Part shown: piece by piece, positions 1 through 11,200 of the stretch
How positions within the stretch are numbered: the stretch's first letter is position 1
Layout: each line of letters starts with the position of its first letter
NCBI GenBank assembly: GCA_965204175.1
Contig: OZ241978.1
Coordinates: forward strand, 5,478,164-5,542,163
Source: Vicinamibacterales bacterium
GTDB lineage: Bacteria > Acidobacteriota > Vicinamibacteria > Vicinamibacterales > UBA8438
Direction: 5' to 3'
Length of the DNA: 64,000 bases
Position numbers and translations under genes: made by a program
Notes under the pieces: model-generated
Seen by the model: the letters and a program-made list of their open reading frames with translations, nothing else
What the model was told of the DNA's origin: nothing
The model's database searches: none

Positions 1-1556
1 TGAACGTCGACACGTTGGCTGAGGCGGAGTGGGTGCTGACCACTTATGAAACCCTGCGTGACTACCAACACAGCTTCGGTCGCGTCCGCTGGCGCGCCGC
101 CGTCTTCGACGAGGCTCAGAAGATCAAGAACCCAAGCGCCCGCCTCACGGACGCGGCGCTTGCCATGAACGTGGACTTCGCCCTGCTGATGACCGGCACA
201 CCGGTGGAGAACCGGCCGGCGGATGTCTGGTCGATGCTCGACCGGGCCGAGCCTGGGAAGTTCGGAACTCTGAAGGACTTCAGCCGGCGGTACGAAGCGG
301 GCGGCGAGGACGGTGACTCGGCGCTTGCGAAACTGCATCGCGAACTGACGGTGGAATCCGCACCGGCGCTGATGTTGCGGCGCCTCAAGGAGGATCACCT
401 CTCCGGACTACCGGACAAGCAGGTGCACCGGCACGTTGTGGAGATGCCTTCGCTTCAAGCCGAACGGTACGAAGGGTTCGTGTTGCAGGGCAGGCAAGAC
501 CGGAGCATGCTCCAGACACTTCACCAGTTGCGGAGCATCTCGCTGCATCCGGCTGCGCCAACTGACTCCGATCCAGACCGGTACATCCAGGAATCGGCGC
601 GGCTCTCCAAGACGTTCGCGATTCTGGAGACGATCGCCCAGCGCCACGAGAAGGCGCTGCTATTCGTTGAAGCACGCGAAATGCAGGACTTTCTGATCGT
701 GGCGTTACGGCGGCACTTTCGCCTTCTCGACGACGTGCTGGTCGTCAACGGCGCGGTCTCCGGCGCCACGCGCAAGGCCCGTGTCGATACGTTTCAGGCC
801 CGGCGGGGATTCGACGTCATGGTTCTCTCGCCGCGCGCCGGCGGCGTCGGCCTGACGCTGACGGCCGCGAACCACGTCATCCATCTGTCCCGATGGTGGA
901 ATCCGGCCGTGGAGGATCAATGCACGGACCGAGTGTTCCGGATCGGGCAGCAGCGTCTGGTGCACGTCTATCTGCCGCTAGCCCGCCATCCAAGCTTCGG
1001 CGAGTACAGCTTCGATCTGAAGCTCGATAGCCTGATGGAACGGAAGCGAGAGAGGAACCGCCGCGTACTCGCGCCGACCGCTACGACCGGGGGCGACGTG
1101 AATGACCTCTACCGCAGCACCATGACGGTGGCTCGCGGAAGCCGGGTACCGGACACGCCGGAGGCTCAGATCGATTTCGACTTGTTGGAACCAGATGCCT
1201 TTGAGGCATGGGTGCTTCGGCAACTGGCCGAAGCTGGCTATGACACGCGGCGCACACCCCGGAGCGGCGATCGCGGCGCGGACGGATTGGCGATGTCGCG
1301 CGTTGGCGACAACCAGCACACGATCATCGTTCAATGCAAACACACGCAACCTGAAGCCAAGTGCGGTCGCGCAGCGGTCGAGGAAGTTGTGAGTGCGATT
1401 CTCCAGTACAAGATTCGAGGCATACCGATACCCATCGTCGTCACGAACGCCGCTGACTTCACTGCGGATGCCAAGCGTTTGGCTCGTCGGGAACGCGTGC
1501 AACTGCTGGCCCGCGGTGATCTGTCGCGGCTTCGGACGTGGCGGTCTGTTACCTGA
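1..1556 (+). CDS. SNF2-family helicase (C-terminal part; 5' end lies outside the window) fused to a C-terminal Mrr-like PD-(D/E)XK restriction-endonuclease domain
   Basis: The frame is open from the window edge. SNF2 motifs: DEAQKIKN (II), TGTPVENR (III), SPRAGGVGLTLTAANHVIHLSRWWNPAVEDQCTDRVFRIGQ (V-VI). The last ~110 aa (GDRGADGLA..IIVQCKH..VVTNAADFTADAKRLA..VQLLARGDL) look like an Mrr-type nuclease core. Confidence 0.8.
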   Translation, partial: NVDTLAEAEWVLTTYETLRDYQHSFGRVRWRAAVFDEAQKIKNPSARLTDAALAMNVDFALLMTGTPVENRPADVWSMLDRAEPGKFGTLKDFSRRYEAGGEDGDSALAKLHRELTVESAPALMLRRLKEDHLSGLPDKQVHRHVVEMPSLQAERYEGFVLQGRQDRSMLQTLHQLRSISLHPAAPTDSDPDRYIQESARLSKTFAILETIAQRHEKALLFVEAREMQDFLIVALRRHFRLLDDVLVVNGAVSGATRKARVDTFQARRGFDVMVLSPRAGGVGLTLTAANHVIHLSRWWNPAVEDQCTDRVFRIGQQRLVHVYLPLARHPSFGEYSFDLKLDSLMERKRERNRRVLAPTATTGGDVNDLYRSTMTVARGSRVPDTPEAQIDFDLLEPDAFEAWVLRQLAEAGYDTRRTPRSGDRGADGLAMSRVGDNQHTIIVQCKHTQPEAKCGRAAVEEVVSAILQYKIRGIPIPIVVTNAADFTADAKRLARRERVQLLARGDLSRLRTWRSVT

Positions 1557-1877
1557 TTGTGCGCAGGCTTCCCGCCAAGGAAGATTGTGGACGGGAGTGA
1601 CAGCACCCGCGGCACCGGAGAGCCTGTGATCCAACAGGCCCTCCGATGTCCATAGGCCTGCCGAATGGCAGGCGTGGATTGCGGTCCGGACGCCAGCCGG
1701 TCGATGCACTCGATGGCCAGCGTCGTGTGCCGCGACAGGATCGCGGCAACGGACCGTGGTACCTTATATGCGGCGTGCGACGGCGGCGACCAGCTGGTGG
1801 TCGACGGTGCGCGGGTAGCCACTGCCGGAGCACGCCGACATCTGCCCGACCCGCGCGCCGCCGGGCGGGACGACGTC

Positions 1878-2441
1878 ATGAACCCTGAAGCGAAGCAGGC
1901 TCGGTTCGAGAGGGCATTCAGGCAACTTGCGATTCCTGAAGCAGCGGCCCTGCTACCGGTGCTCGACGAGTTCGCCGCGCGACCGGGTCTGATGTGGCGT
2001 TACGACACCGAACTGGGCATTCGGGCGAGTTGCACCACCGCCACACCAACGATCACTACGGGAAGGGCCGGCTCGGTCGGTGACGCATGGACCGACGACG
2101 GCGAGCCTGACCACCTGTGCCCGGTAGCGCTGATTGCAATGGGCACCGAGCCCGAGACGGCAGAGCATCTGCAGAAGCTACGGACTATTCATGACAACGC
2201 CGCCGAGCGCGTACACGACGCGCTGCGGCAGAGTGGTCACTACCACCCGGCAGCAGGACTCGACCCAGACAGACTCAACGGCGCCGAGAAGCTGCTGGTC
2301 ATGGCGTCCGACGGCGAGGCGGGAGCCGGCAGCTACGCTTGGCCTCCCGCACTCAGCGACGAGGAGGTCACGAATACTCGTCATGCGATCGGGCAGTACC
2401 TGATCGCGGCGACGGCAGCGGAGCCCGCCGAGCGGCAGTGA
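1878..2441 (+). CDS. hypothetical protein (187 aa from ATG 1878)
   Basis: Protein-like composition starts at MNPEAKQARFERAF. The upstream part of the track ORF (from 1665) is R/G-rich and was rejected. No recognisable domain. Confidence 0.4.
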   Translation: MNPEAKQARFERAFRQLAIPEAAALLPVLDEFAARPGLMWRYDTELGIRASCTTATPTITTGRAGSVGDAWTDDGEPDHLCPVALIAMGTEPETAEHLQKLRTIHDNAAERVHDALRQSGHYHPAAGLDPDRLNGAEKLLVMASDGEAGAGSYAWPPALSDEEVTNTRHAIGQYLIAATAAEPAERQ

Positions 2442-2949
2442 CGGACCTTCCAAGACCGCCCACGTGCGTCTGCCAACGGGCCCATTCCGTTTATAGCGTC
2501 CCGGGCGTCGTTGGGGCTACCCGCGCGCTCTTTGTTCGCGGTCAGCCGGTCGTCCGAACTCGTGCGCCCGCGCGCCTCAGTCTGGCCGGAAGACCTCCTT
2601 CAGACACCTTCAGACGGCGCCTCGCGGCGTCAGCGTGGGCGAAGTCGATCATCAGCACGGTCGCCCTTGTGTCGCGCGTCGTGCTGGAAGGCCTGCACGC
2701 ATGCAGGAGCCAGGAGGCGGCGGCACGCTCGGTCGAGGCGCCCCGCGAATGCGTGGTTCGGTGCGAAAGCCAGTGACTTCGGATGACGGCTTGTTGCCAG
2801 GGGATTCCATGAAACACCCGCGGGTGGCCGTGACAATTCGGTGTGCCATTCTGGTCTGGATTCTACGAGACCACTTGGGCCGGCTACGGATAGTCCGCCG
2901 CCCCGGCAGTGGCACGAAGCAACAGTAGCTCAACAGGGCTGTGCGGCTC

Positions 2950-3670
2950 GTGCAGCGGCGGGTTCTCCTGTGTCTGGTCGCCGGAATTCCATCAAGGCTC
3001 CTCGCTCGCCAAGCGGCGCGAATCGCTGTGCGCCGCGGCGCCGGGAAGCGCGGTACTCGGTCGCCGCCAGCGTCATGGTCTTCTGGCGCGACGCCGCGTT
3101 TCGACGGTAGTCGGTGTAGCGGAAGCGCACCGAGTCGTCGTCGAGGCTGCACAGGCGCTGGTTGGCGATGGCGATCCGGTGGGTGTAGCGGCCGAGGTAG
3201 TCGAGGACCTGTTCGGGACCGGCGAAGGGTCGCTTCGCATAGACCACCCATTCGGCCTCGCGGGCCGGGCGGAGGTGCTCGACGAAGCGCCGTGCGTCGC
3301 TGAGAGGTTGTAGCCGGCCGGCGAAGTGCAGTTGTCCGGCATCGAAGGCGTCCTGCAGCGCCGCGAGAAGAACCCGACGGAAGTAGCGCGAGAGGACCCG
3401 GACGGGGAGGAAGAATCCGGGCCGGCAGGCAACCCAACGGCTGCCGTCGGTGGCGAGCCCCCCACCTGGGATGACGCAGTGCAGATGCGGATGATGGACG
3501 AGCGTCTGGCCCCAGGTGTGCAGGACGGCGAAGAAGCCGATCTCGGCGCCGAGGTGGCGTGGGTCGGCGGCTATGGTACGGAGCGTGTCGGCGACGGCCC
3601 GGAAGAGGAGACCGTAGACGACGGCCTTGTTCTGGGCGGCGATCTCGGCGACGGCCGGGGGCACGGTCAG
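2950..3670 (-). pseudogene. IS91-family (HUH Y2) transposase fragment, truncated at the N terminus and frameshifted at the C terminus
   Basis: The core LHTWGQTLVHHPHLHCVIPGGGL..WVVYAKRPFAGPEQVLDYLGRYTHRIAIANQRL is typical of IS91/IS801 transposases. The zinc-binding N terminus is missing. Homology changes frame after TMTLAATE. Confidence 0.7.
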
Positions 3671-3800
3671 CGCGACTGCCTCTGTAAGTGACTGAATCTG
3701 AATACGCTTACGTGGGTCACTGGAAACAGTATCCCACGATATACTCCACAATGTCGGGAAAGCTCTGCCGGTGTCTGCGTTGAGGACCGCGGGAACTCGG

Positions 3801-4526
3801 CTACGGTGCGATTTCCCGCACTGTGTCGCCGTTCTCGTCCAGGAACCGGATGCGGGCCTGGCCTTCGGGCGTGACCGACAGCACCAGCCGGCTCCGGCCC
3901 TCGGCGTCTTGCAAATCGACGGTTGCGTTCCCGTCGATGTCGCGGCCTGCAAACATGCGGTTCGCTGTTCCAGGCTGGCGCGCCATGATTTCCTGCAGCA
4001 GGCGTGTTCGCTCGGTCTCCGACGTGGCTTCGTCGAGACGGGCCACGAGGTCCGCGATTGCTGTCAGGGGTTGCTCGGAACGGTCCGTGATCGTCAGGCC
4101 GGAAAAATAGCGGCCGTTGCGTTCGTTGTATCGGAGAACAATGGTCTGATCCTGCTTCCATCGGTCGAACGTCAACGAAACGACCGCGCTGTGCCCATCA
4201 CTCGTCTCCGCGCCCCTGAAGACGAGGCCGCCGACCTCGTCGCCCACCTCGTTGAAGAAGATCATGCCGGCGGGGCGAGCTCTGTCTGGAAGAATCTGTC
4301 GACCATCAATCGTGACCTGCGCCTGCCGTTCGCTGTTCGAGAGAACGAGCCGCGTGCTGCCGTCCGCCTCGACGATATTGATTCGCTGCACGTTGATCTC
4401 GTCGAACTCGGCAATGGATGACGTCGATTGGCGAAACGCCGCCACGCTCACCACCACGAGCGCAAGGGAACTGACGGCCGCGTAGCTCTTCAGCAGGCCG
4501 AGATCACGACGTAGTTTGCTGCGCAT
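3801..4526 (-). CDS. hypothetical protein with an N-terminal membrane anchor or signal sequence
   Basis: 241-aa ORF with hydrophobic segment AAVSSLALVVVSVAAF near the N terminus. Lies 60 nt downstream of the DUF4238 gene on the same strand. Confidence 0.55.
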   Translation of the reverse strand: MRSKLRRDLGLLKSYAAVSSLALVVVSVAAFRQSTSSIAEFDEINVQRINIVEADGSTRLVLSNSERQAQVTIDGRQILPDRARPAGMIFFNEVGDEVGGLVFRGAETSDGHSAVVSLTFDRWKQDQTIVLRYNERNGRYFSGLTITDRSEQPLTAIADLVARLDEATSETERTRLLQEIMARQPGTANRMFAGRDIDGNATVDLQDAEGRSRLVLSVTPEGQARIRFLDENGDTVREIAP

Positions 4527-4586
4527 GTGTTGCCTCCTCGTTCCATGATAACAGGTCGGCGCTGCGCCCCCGCGCGGGCGGCCATC

Positions 4587-5519
4587 TCAGTTGTCCCGCA
4601 CAACGTCGAACTCCGCCATGCCTCCTCGCCGCAGAATCACGGGGCGCCGGGATTTCGCGTAAACTTGACGGTCAGCATGGTGCACGGTGCGACTGTTGAG
4701 ATTCGCCACCTCCTCGGGGCGGGCCGTGAACTGCGGCCGGAGGGGATTCTCGAGAACGCCGACGAGAGCGTGCCTCGGCCCCAACGGGAAAGACACCTCC
4801 GTACCAGACAGGCCGTATCCGATCGGGCCACGCCTGCTCGGATCCTTGAACACGACGGTGACCGGGTGATCGCAGGTTACCAAGTCAGGAGCTTCCGGAT
4901 CGGCGATCACTAGCGACCACCAACGTAAGGCGAGCGTATCGAAGATAGTCTCGAAGACACCGAGTTCACCGAGGATGCTCTCGGTCGTATCGACATCGAT
5001 TCGGTACTGATCCGATCTGATGAACGCCGCCGCCTCCTCGAAAGGCAGGTCCTCATCGTCAGGAATGAACCCTTCGCTCTTCGCCTTCGCGAAGTGGTCT
5101 TCGTACAAGCCTCTGTCTGACGTGAGCATGCCCAGCATGATTCGGCCCGTCTGTTCGCGGGCGGCGTTCATCGCTCGCCGACTCTGCGGATTGCGAACCA
5201 CAAGTAGCGCCATCAGGTTGACGATGTCGGACAGCTCTTTAACCGTCAGATCCCCTCCGCGTTCTTGAAGCCGACGGATGGCGCAAATGGCCTTCCCCTC
5301 AAGTTCGCCGAGAGCTTGTTCCACGGCATCGGGAGGCAGGCCGTCGATGTCCACCCGATTGAAGTCGCGCTTGGTTGCGACGTTTCGTGGTTTTGCTGGA
5401 AAAACCGACTTCGATACGCGGTCAAAAACGGTGAGGACACCCGCAGGTGTACCGTTGTCGGTGAATCCGGCAAGGTAGCCCTGAGGAACAACATGGTGCC
5501 TTCTGGCGACGTTCTTCAT
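4587..5519 (-). CDS. DUF4238 domain protein
   Basis: N-terminal RRHHVVPQGYLAGFT matches the DUF4238 signature (HYVPQFYLRxF). 310 aa of ordinary composition. Confidence 0.75.
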   Translation of the reverse strand: MKNVARRHHVVPQGYLAGFTDNGTPAGVLTVFDRVSKSVFPAKPRNVATKRDFNRVDIDGLPPDAVEQALGELEGKAICAIRRLQERGGDLTVKELSDIVNLMALLVVRNPQSRRAMNAAREQTGRIMLGMLTSDRGLYEDHFAKAKSEGFIPDDEDLPFEEAAAFIRSDQYRIDVDTTESILGELGVFETIFDTLALRWWSLVIADPEAPDLVTCDHPVTVVFKDPSRRGPIGYGLSGTEVSFPLGPRHALVGVLENPLRPQFTARPEEVANLNSRTVHHADRQVYAKSRRPVILRRGGMAEFDVVRDN

Positions 5520-5945
5520 GATGTGGTTCAGTCTTGGTGAGCGTCGCGAAGTCGGCCGGCAGCAAACCCAGGAGCACGTGATCGCTACGCGCCGTTTCGG
5601 CGCGCGACGCCCGCCTCCGCCGAGGCTCGGCGAAAGGGCTAACTGATAAGGCTACCACGGATCGCCAAGGACAGCGTGGGCGAATGGCTTCACGGATCGC
5701 GATTCGAGTCGCCACCCACTGTGCCGCGGCGTCGGCACCGGATGCCATCGAGACCCGGCGTCGACAATAGACCGGACTCCGGCCGCCGTCTGGCGAACGG
5801 GCGCGGGTACCGAACAGAGCTGCTAGGCACGAGACGGCGGTGAACCAACGCCGGGCTCGACATCGTAGGCTCGCCGCAGCACGGCATCACTGCCTTCGGC
5901 CAGCAGCCTTGCGAGAGGCCTGTGGTGCATCCGCAGACCTATTCG

Positions 5946-6887
5946 TCAGCGTCGATTCCCAAACGAACAGAGCCTCCCCGCGATTGCGTGGGCTTCTCGT
6001 TGTGATTCCTCGGCCGTCTTGCAGATTGCGGTCCACGCCCAATCCGCGAACGCCCACTGGGGCGGCAAGATGATCCAGCCGTCCTCCTCATCGCCGACGG
6101 CCGCGAACTCGCCTGCGGCAACCGACAGGGCAGTGAGAGAACAGACGAGGGCCGCGCGATCCTCATGATTCCTGATCGCGCGTAGCTCGCGGAGCCATCT
6201 GCGACCCGGCAGCAGCTTCTCAACGAACCGGTCGAGGCTGCGATGCTCCGCAAGGTGAACGAAGTACCGGTCCGACCTCTTGCCACTGCTCTTCAGACGA
6301 GCCGGGAATTCGACCATGCTGCCGAGAAACGTCGTGGGGAACGCTTCGACGATCGCGTGTTCGTCGATCCGCAAGGCATGCGCCGCCCTACGCACGCGAC
6401 AGATGCGTCTTATGCACTTGGCCGCGTGGTTCGCCTGAGCGTTCAACTGCCTCCCGTGCGGAGAGCTTGACTGTCCTGGCTTGCCGATGCGTCGCGCAAG
6501 TTCGCCACGGCTGAGAAGCCGCTCGGCGCTGCGATAGCGCCCAATCACATCGAACCCGCTACGAAGAGGACCGTCAATCGCAACCGCGCAAAGCTCGTTC
6601 TCGCCCGCGACGCGGCGGATTGCGGTCTCCCGTTCCGAAGACGTGGCAACAAAACGCTCGATCTCCCAATCGATCTGGCGAGAACCCCACGAGACACGGC
6701 AGATGGCGCTCGTTCGGACTTCCTCGGACCAGCCAACATCGATTCCGACGACACTCCCCTCAAAAGGTATCGATTCCCGACTGTCCATGTCATCACCCAT
6801 CAGGCCACTACGCGCAGAGCCCCGACGAACCAGAGCGCCGACAACCAGCGCGGTCTCGACGGCCCACTTGATGAGCCGTGTTTCCAT
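5946..6887 (-). CDS. DUF429-like (predicted RNase H-fold nuclease) protein; start uncertain
   Basis: GIDVGWS...AIDGPL spacing resembles DUF429. The track ORF extends to 7223, but that part is R-rich and overlaps the next gene. METRL (6887) or a later Met is more plausible. Confidence 0.5.
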   Translation of the reverse strand: METRLIKWAVETALVVGALVRRGSARSGLMGDDMDSRESIPFEGSVVGIDVGWSEEVRTSAICRVSWGSRQIDWEIERFVATSSERETAIRRVAGENELCAVAIDGPLRSGFDVIGRYRSAERLLSRGELARRIGKPGQSSSPHGRQLNAQANHAAKCIRRICRVRRAAHALRIDEHAIVEAFPTTFLGSMVEFPARLKSSGKRSDRYFVHLAEHRSLDRFVEKLLPGRRWLRELRAIRNHEDRAALVCSLTALSVAAGEFAAVGDEEDGWIILPPQWAFADWAWTAICKTAEESQREAHAIAGRLCSFGNRR

Positions 6888-6997
6888 GCGCGCAGTGCCG
6901 CGATGTCGGCGCGGGGTCACCTCCCGCAACGTCTCGACGCTGGTGCGCAACGTCCCCGTATCGGTCCGGGCCGGCCGGCACCGGCCGGCACACCTGC

Positions 6998-7321
6998 TCA
7001 GCCCACCGCGGAGGCCGACGACCACTCGTGATCGTGCAAGCGTTTCCGTGCGGCCTCGCGATCTGCATCGTCGAAGAGCGCATCCCACTGGCGTTCGGTC
7101 AGGATGACGGCCTCCACCGTGAGATCCAGCCGCCTCTCTACCCAGAGGTCCGCGAATGTGTCTGAGGGATGCGGCGCGTGAATCAGGCGTTTCGTTGCCT
7201 CCACTGTGCCGTGTTCGGCACACATCGCTCGGAATCTCGTGACTCGCCGCTTCAGAACGGCCTCCACCTCATCATCGGCTACCCGTGTGCAACGAGTCTC
7301 GTAGCAGTCCTCTGGAATCAT
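6998..7321 (-). CDS. hypothetical 107-aa protein
   Basis: Balanced composition (..FADLWVERRLDLTVEAVILTERQWDALFDDADREAARKRL). Sits directly upstream of the DUF429-like gene on the same strand. Confidence 0.5.
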   Translation of the reverse strand: MIPEDCYETRCTRVADDEVEAVLKRRVTRFRAMCAEHGTVEATKRLIHAPHPSDTFADLWVERRLDLTVEAVILTERQWDALFDDADREAARKRLHDHEWSSASAVG

Positions 7322-7879
7322 CGGTCAGCCCTTCCCCGCGACAGAGCATCCGCTGACGATTGGTGCTTCGCCTGACTCCGGAGCGTGACACTCGTTGGGC
7401 TGTCCGACCTGTCCGCTGGTCCGCTGACGCGCTGACGGCTTCGGTGGTCCAGTGGAATCTCGCTCGGAACGAGGGAGGAAACGAGGGGAACGAGCACACA
7501 GGGCAGCCATATCTCATCTATTCACAGTACTTTACGTGCCAAGCGCATCGGAAGCCCCAGCCGTCGAGTGCGGTGTCTGCCACCGTCGGTGCGCCGCGCG
7601 ATGACGGCGATCCTTGGGAGTTCGGTGCGAAAGCCGCTGACTTCGCCCCGAACGCCACCATAGTCCGATAAGATCGTTTATTTTCAGAGCCTTACATGGA
7701 CGTTCTGGTGGCCGTGTGGCTTCCAGGGCGTACGCGGTGGTGCCCGCGAGGCGGTCGCGATGGCCACGCGGCGGCGCATCTCGACCAAGTCGCGCTCCGG
7801 CAGCAGGTTCAGCGCGGCATCGAGCCGATGCAAGCCGTCGTGGCCGCGCCGCGCGCAGCCCAGACCCACAACCTGCATC

Positions 7880-8122
7880 GTGCCGGAGGTCGTTTCGGCG
7901 TGGCTTTCGGAGATCGGCCGGGCGCCGCGCGAGGTGATCGACCGCGCCGTGCAGGATGTCCTGTCGCCGACGATGCGGCACGACCAGCCGCGGGCCTTCG
8001 GGTTTGTGCCGTCGGCGCCGACCTGGCCGGCTGTGCTCGTGGACTACCTCGTGGCCAGCTTCAACGTCAACGCGGCCACGTGGCTGTTCGGCACGGGCTC
8101 ACCCGCCGCTTCCCCACCGTAA
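7880..8122 (+). pseudogene. fragment of a group II PLP-dependent (aromatic amino acid type) decarboxylase
   Basis: ..HDQPRAFGFVPSAPTWPAVLVDYLVASFNVNAATW resembles the N-terminal HPRFFAYFPS..ILGDML region of these decarboxylases. Only ~80 aa remain. Confidence 0.45.
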
Positions 8123-8265
8123 GACAATAGCGCGCTCCGGATCATCCAGCCCTCCTGGGACCCCGGCCTTGGCAAGAGTCCCGCCACCGATGATCCGGTC
8201 CAGCGGCTGGCAGCCGATGCGTTTCCACTGGCGAACCGCACTCCGTGTAAGGTACCCGGCGGGTC

Positions 8266-11200
8266 ATGACCGACGCTGAACGCGTTCCCGCCGATTCTCA
8301 GGAAGTCCGCGCCTGCTTGGTCGAGGCTCTGAAGCTCGATCTGGTCGGACCGTGGGCGGGGCATGATCTCGGCGCCGAGCGGTTGCCGGGCCGCGAGCGA
8401 CCATCGAACTGGTATGTCGCCGGCTTTCTGATCCCGACCGGTACGCCACCGGATCGGAGCGCGGACGCCGACGAGGACGACGACCTCGACACGGTCCCCG
8501 AGTCGGCCGGCCTCGCCGAGGAATCGAACGACGAGCGCAAGGCGGCGCGCAAGGCGTTCTTCCCGTCGTCGATGGGTCTGAGCTTTCTCGTAGCCGGTGT
8601 TTGCCGCGGGCTGGCGGTCACGGTGCGGTGGGGGGACTACGCGCCGGCCGAGGTAGAGGTAGCCGACGGCGGCAAGGCGTCGGTGTGGCAGCGGACGCCG
8701 CGCGAGGCCGCGCTGTCGGTCCCGCTCGGCGCGGGGCCGGTCGTCCGGGACATCCCCGACTCGGGCGGCCTGCAGCTTCAGGCCGTCGAACGCGCGATTG
8801 ACGCGATGGGCCTGAGCGGCGCGGGACTGCCCGCCGGCACGCGCTCGGTGTCGTGCTTTCTGGTGAACCGGCGCGCCCCGGCCGCCGGCCAGCCGGATCG
8901 CGCCTACGCGTTCCAGGCCGAGATCGAGGTGCGGAGTGACGCGGGCTTCCTGCCGCGGCCGGATCTGCGCGGGGCGCATGCCGCGGAGTGGGACGATCGG
9001 GTCGCGGACCTGCATTATGCCGATACGCGGGAGTATGCCGCCGGGCACGGGGTGTCGGCGGAGTGGGAGCTCGCCGACGGCGAGTGCAGGCTGATCCGCA
9101 CGGCGTGGATCGGGACCGCCGAAGTGGAGAATACGGTCCCGGCGAAGGTGCCCGGCGTCGAGCTGTCGATGGAGGCGCTGGGCCGGCTCGGCGACGCAAG
9201 TGCGGCGCATCAGGCGCTCGATCCCCTCGTGACGCAATACCGCGAGTGGATCGAGGCCCGCCGGCAGGATGTCGCCGCTGGCGCGTCGGAGGGCGACCGA
9301 GGGGAGACGGCCGGGCAGCTGCTCCACTACGCCGGGGTCGCGGCCGAACGGATGGCGCGCGGCGTGGCGCTGCTCGGCGAGGACCCCGATGTTCTCGACG
9401 CGTTCCGGGTGGCCAACCGGGCCGTGGCGCGCGCCCTGCGGCAGCGCCTTGGCAAGCGGCTGGAACCGGCCGGGGCGCGCTGGCGTCCGTTCCAGCTCGC
9501 GTTCCTGCTGCTGAACCTGCCCGGCCTCGCCGATCCCCACGACGTGCACCGCGAGACGGTGGACCTGCTGTTCTTCCCGACCGGCGGCGGGAAGACCGAG
9601 GCGTACCTGGGCCTGGCCGGGGTTGCGATGGTGCACAGGCGCCTGCGGCATCCGGGCAACGACGGGCTGGATGGCGCCGGGGTCAGCGTCATCATGCGCT
9701 ACACGCTACGGCTGCTGACGCTGGATCAGCTTGCGCGCGCCGCCGGACTGGTCTGCGCGCTCGAGATCGAGCGGAGCGAGGCGGACGGACGCTACGGCAG
9801 GTGGCCGTTCGAGATCGGTCTGTGGGTGGGAAAGGCGGCCACGCCGAACATCCTGGGACGCAAGGGGGATGGCCGCCAGGATTCCGCGCGCGCGAAAGCC
9901 ACCGCGTTCAAGCGCAACCCCGACCGGAACCCGTCGCCGATCCCGCTGGAGAACTGTCCGTGGTGCGGGGCGGCATTCAGGCCCGAGTCGTTCACGCTGT
10001 CGCCGGACGCCGACCGCCCGCGTGAGTTGCGCATCGTCTGCTCGGACTGGGAGTGCGCGTTCAGCGGCGACCGCCCGCTGCCGGTCGTCGGCGTCGACGA
10101 GCCGATCTACCGGCGGCTGCCTGCGTTCCTGATCGCGACGGTGGACAAGTTCGCTTCCCTGCCATGGGTCGGGCAGGCGGGCGCGCTGCTCGGCGGCGCC
10201 GACCGTTTCGACGGGGACGGGTTCTACGGGGCCGCCGACCCCGGGACGGGGCGGCGTCTGGAGGCGCCGCTCCCACCGCCCGATCTGGTCATCCAGGACG
10301 AGCTGCATCTGATCGCGGGGCCGCTCGGGACGATGGCCGGGCTCTACGAGACGGCGATCGAGGCGCTGGCGGCGCGCGAGGCGGACGGACGGACGATCAA
10401 GCCGAAGATCGTCGCCTCGACCGCGACCGTCCGGCGGGCGCAGGACCAGATCCAGGCGCTGTTCGCGCGGCCGGCGACGCAGGTGTTCCCGCCGCCCGGG
10501 CCGGATCGGCGCGACACGTTCTTCGCCCGCACCGTGCCGTCATCGGAGACGCCGGCGCGGCTGTACGCCGGGGTCGCCTCGCAGGGCCGGAACCCGAAGG
10601 TGCTGATGCGGCGCGTGCTGCTGGCGCTGATGGGCGCGGCGGCGCACGCCTGGCAGGCGGCCGGCGGCGAGCGGAATCCGCAGAACCCGGCCGATCCGTA
10701 CATGACGACGCTCGCCTACTTCAACAGCCTGCGGGAGCTGGGCGGTGCGCGGCGGATCCTGGAGGAGGAGGTGAGCACCACCGTCAAGCGCTACGGCGCG
10801 CGGCGGCGGATTGGCGAGGCGCGGCGGCTTTTCCAGGACCGCACGACCTTCTCGGAGGTGCTGGAGCTGACGTCGCGGGTCTCGACAGACCAGGTGGCCG
10901 AGGCGCGGCGGCGGCTGGAATGCCGGTTCAACGATCGAACCAGGCGCGTCGACTGCGCGCTGGCAACGAACATGATCTCGGTCGGCCTCGACATCCCGCG
11001 GCTGGGACTGATGCTGGTGCTCGGGCAGCCGAAGATGCACGCCGAGTACATCCAGGCGACGAGCCGCGTCGGACGCTCGGCGGAGGGTCCTGGTCTGGTG
11101 GTGACGTTGCTGAACGTCCACAAGCCGCGCGACCGGTCGCATTACGAGCGGTTCCGGCACTATCACGAGACCTTCTACCGCTCGGTGGAGCCGGCCAGCG

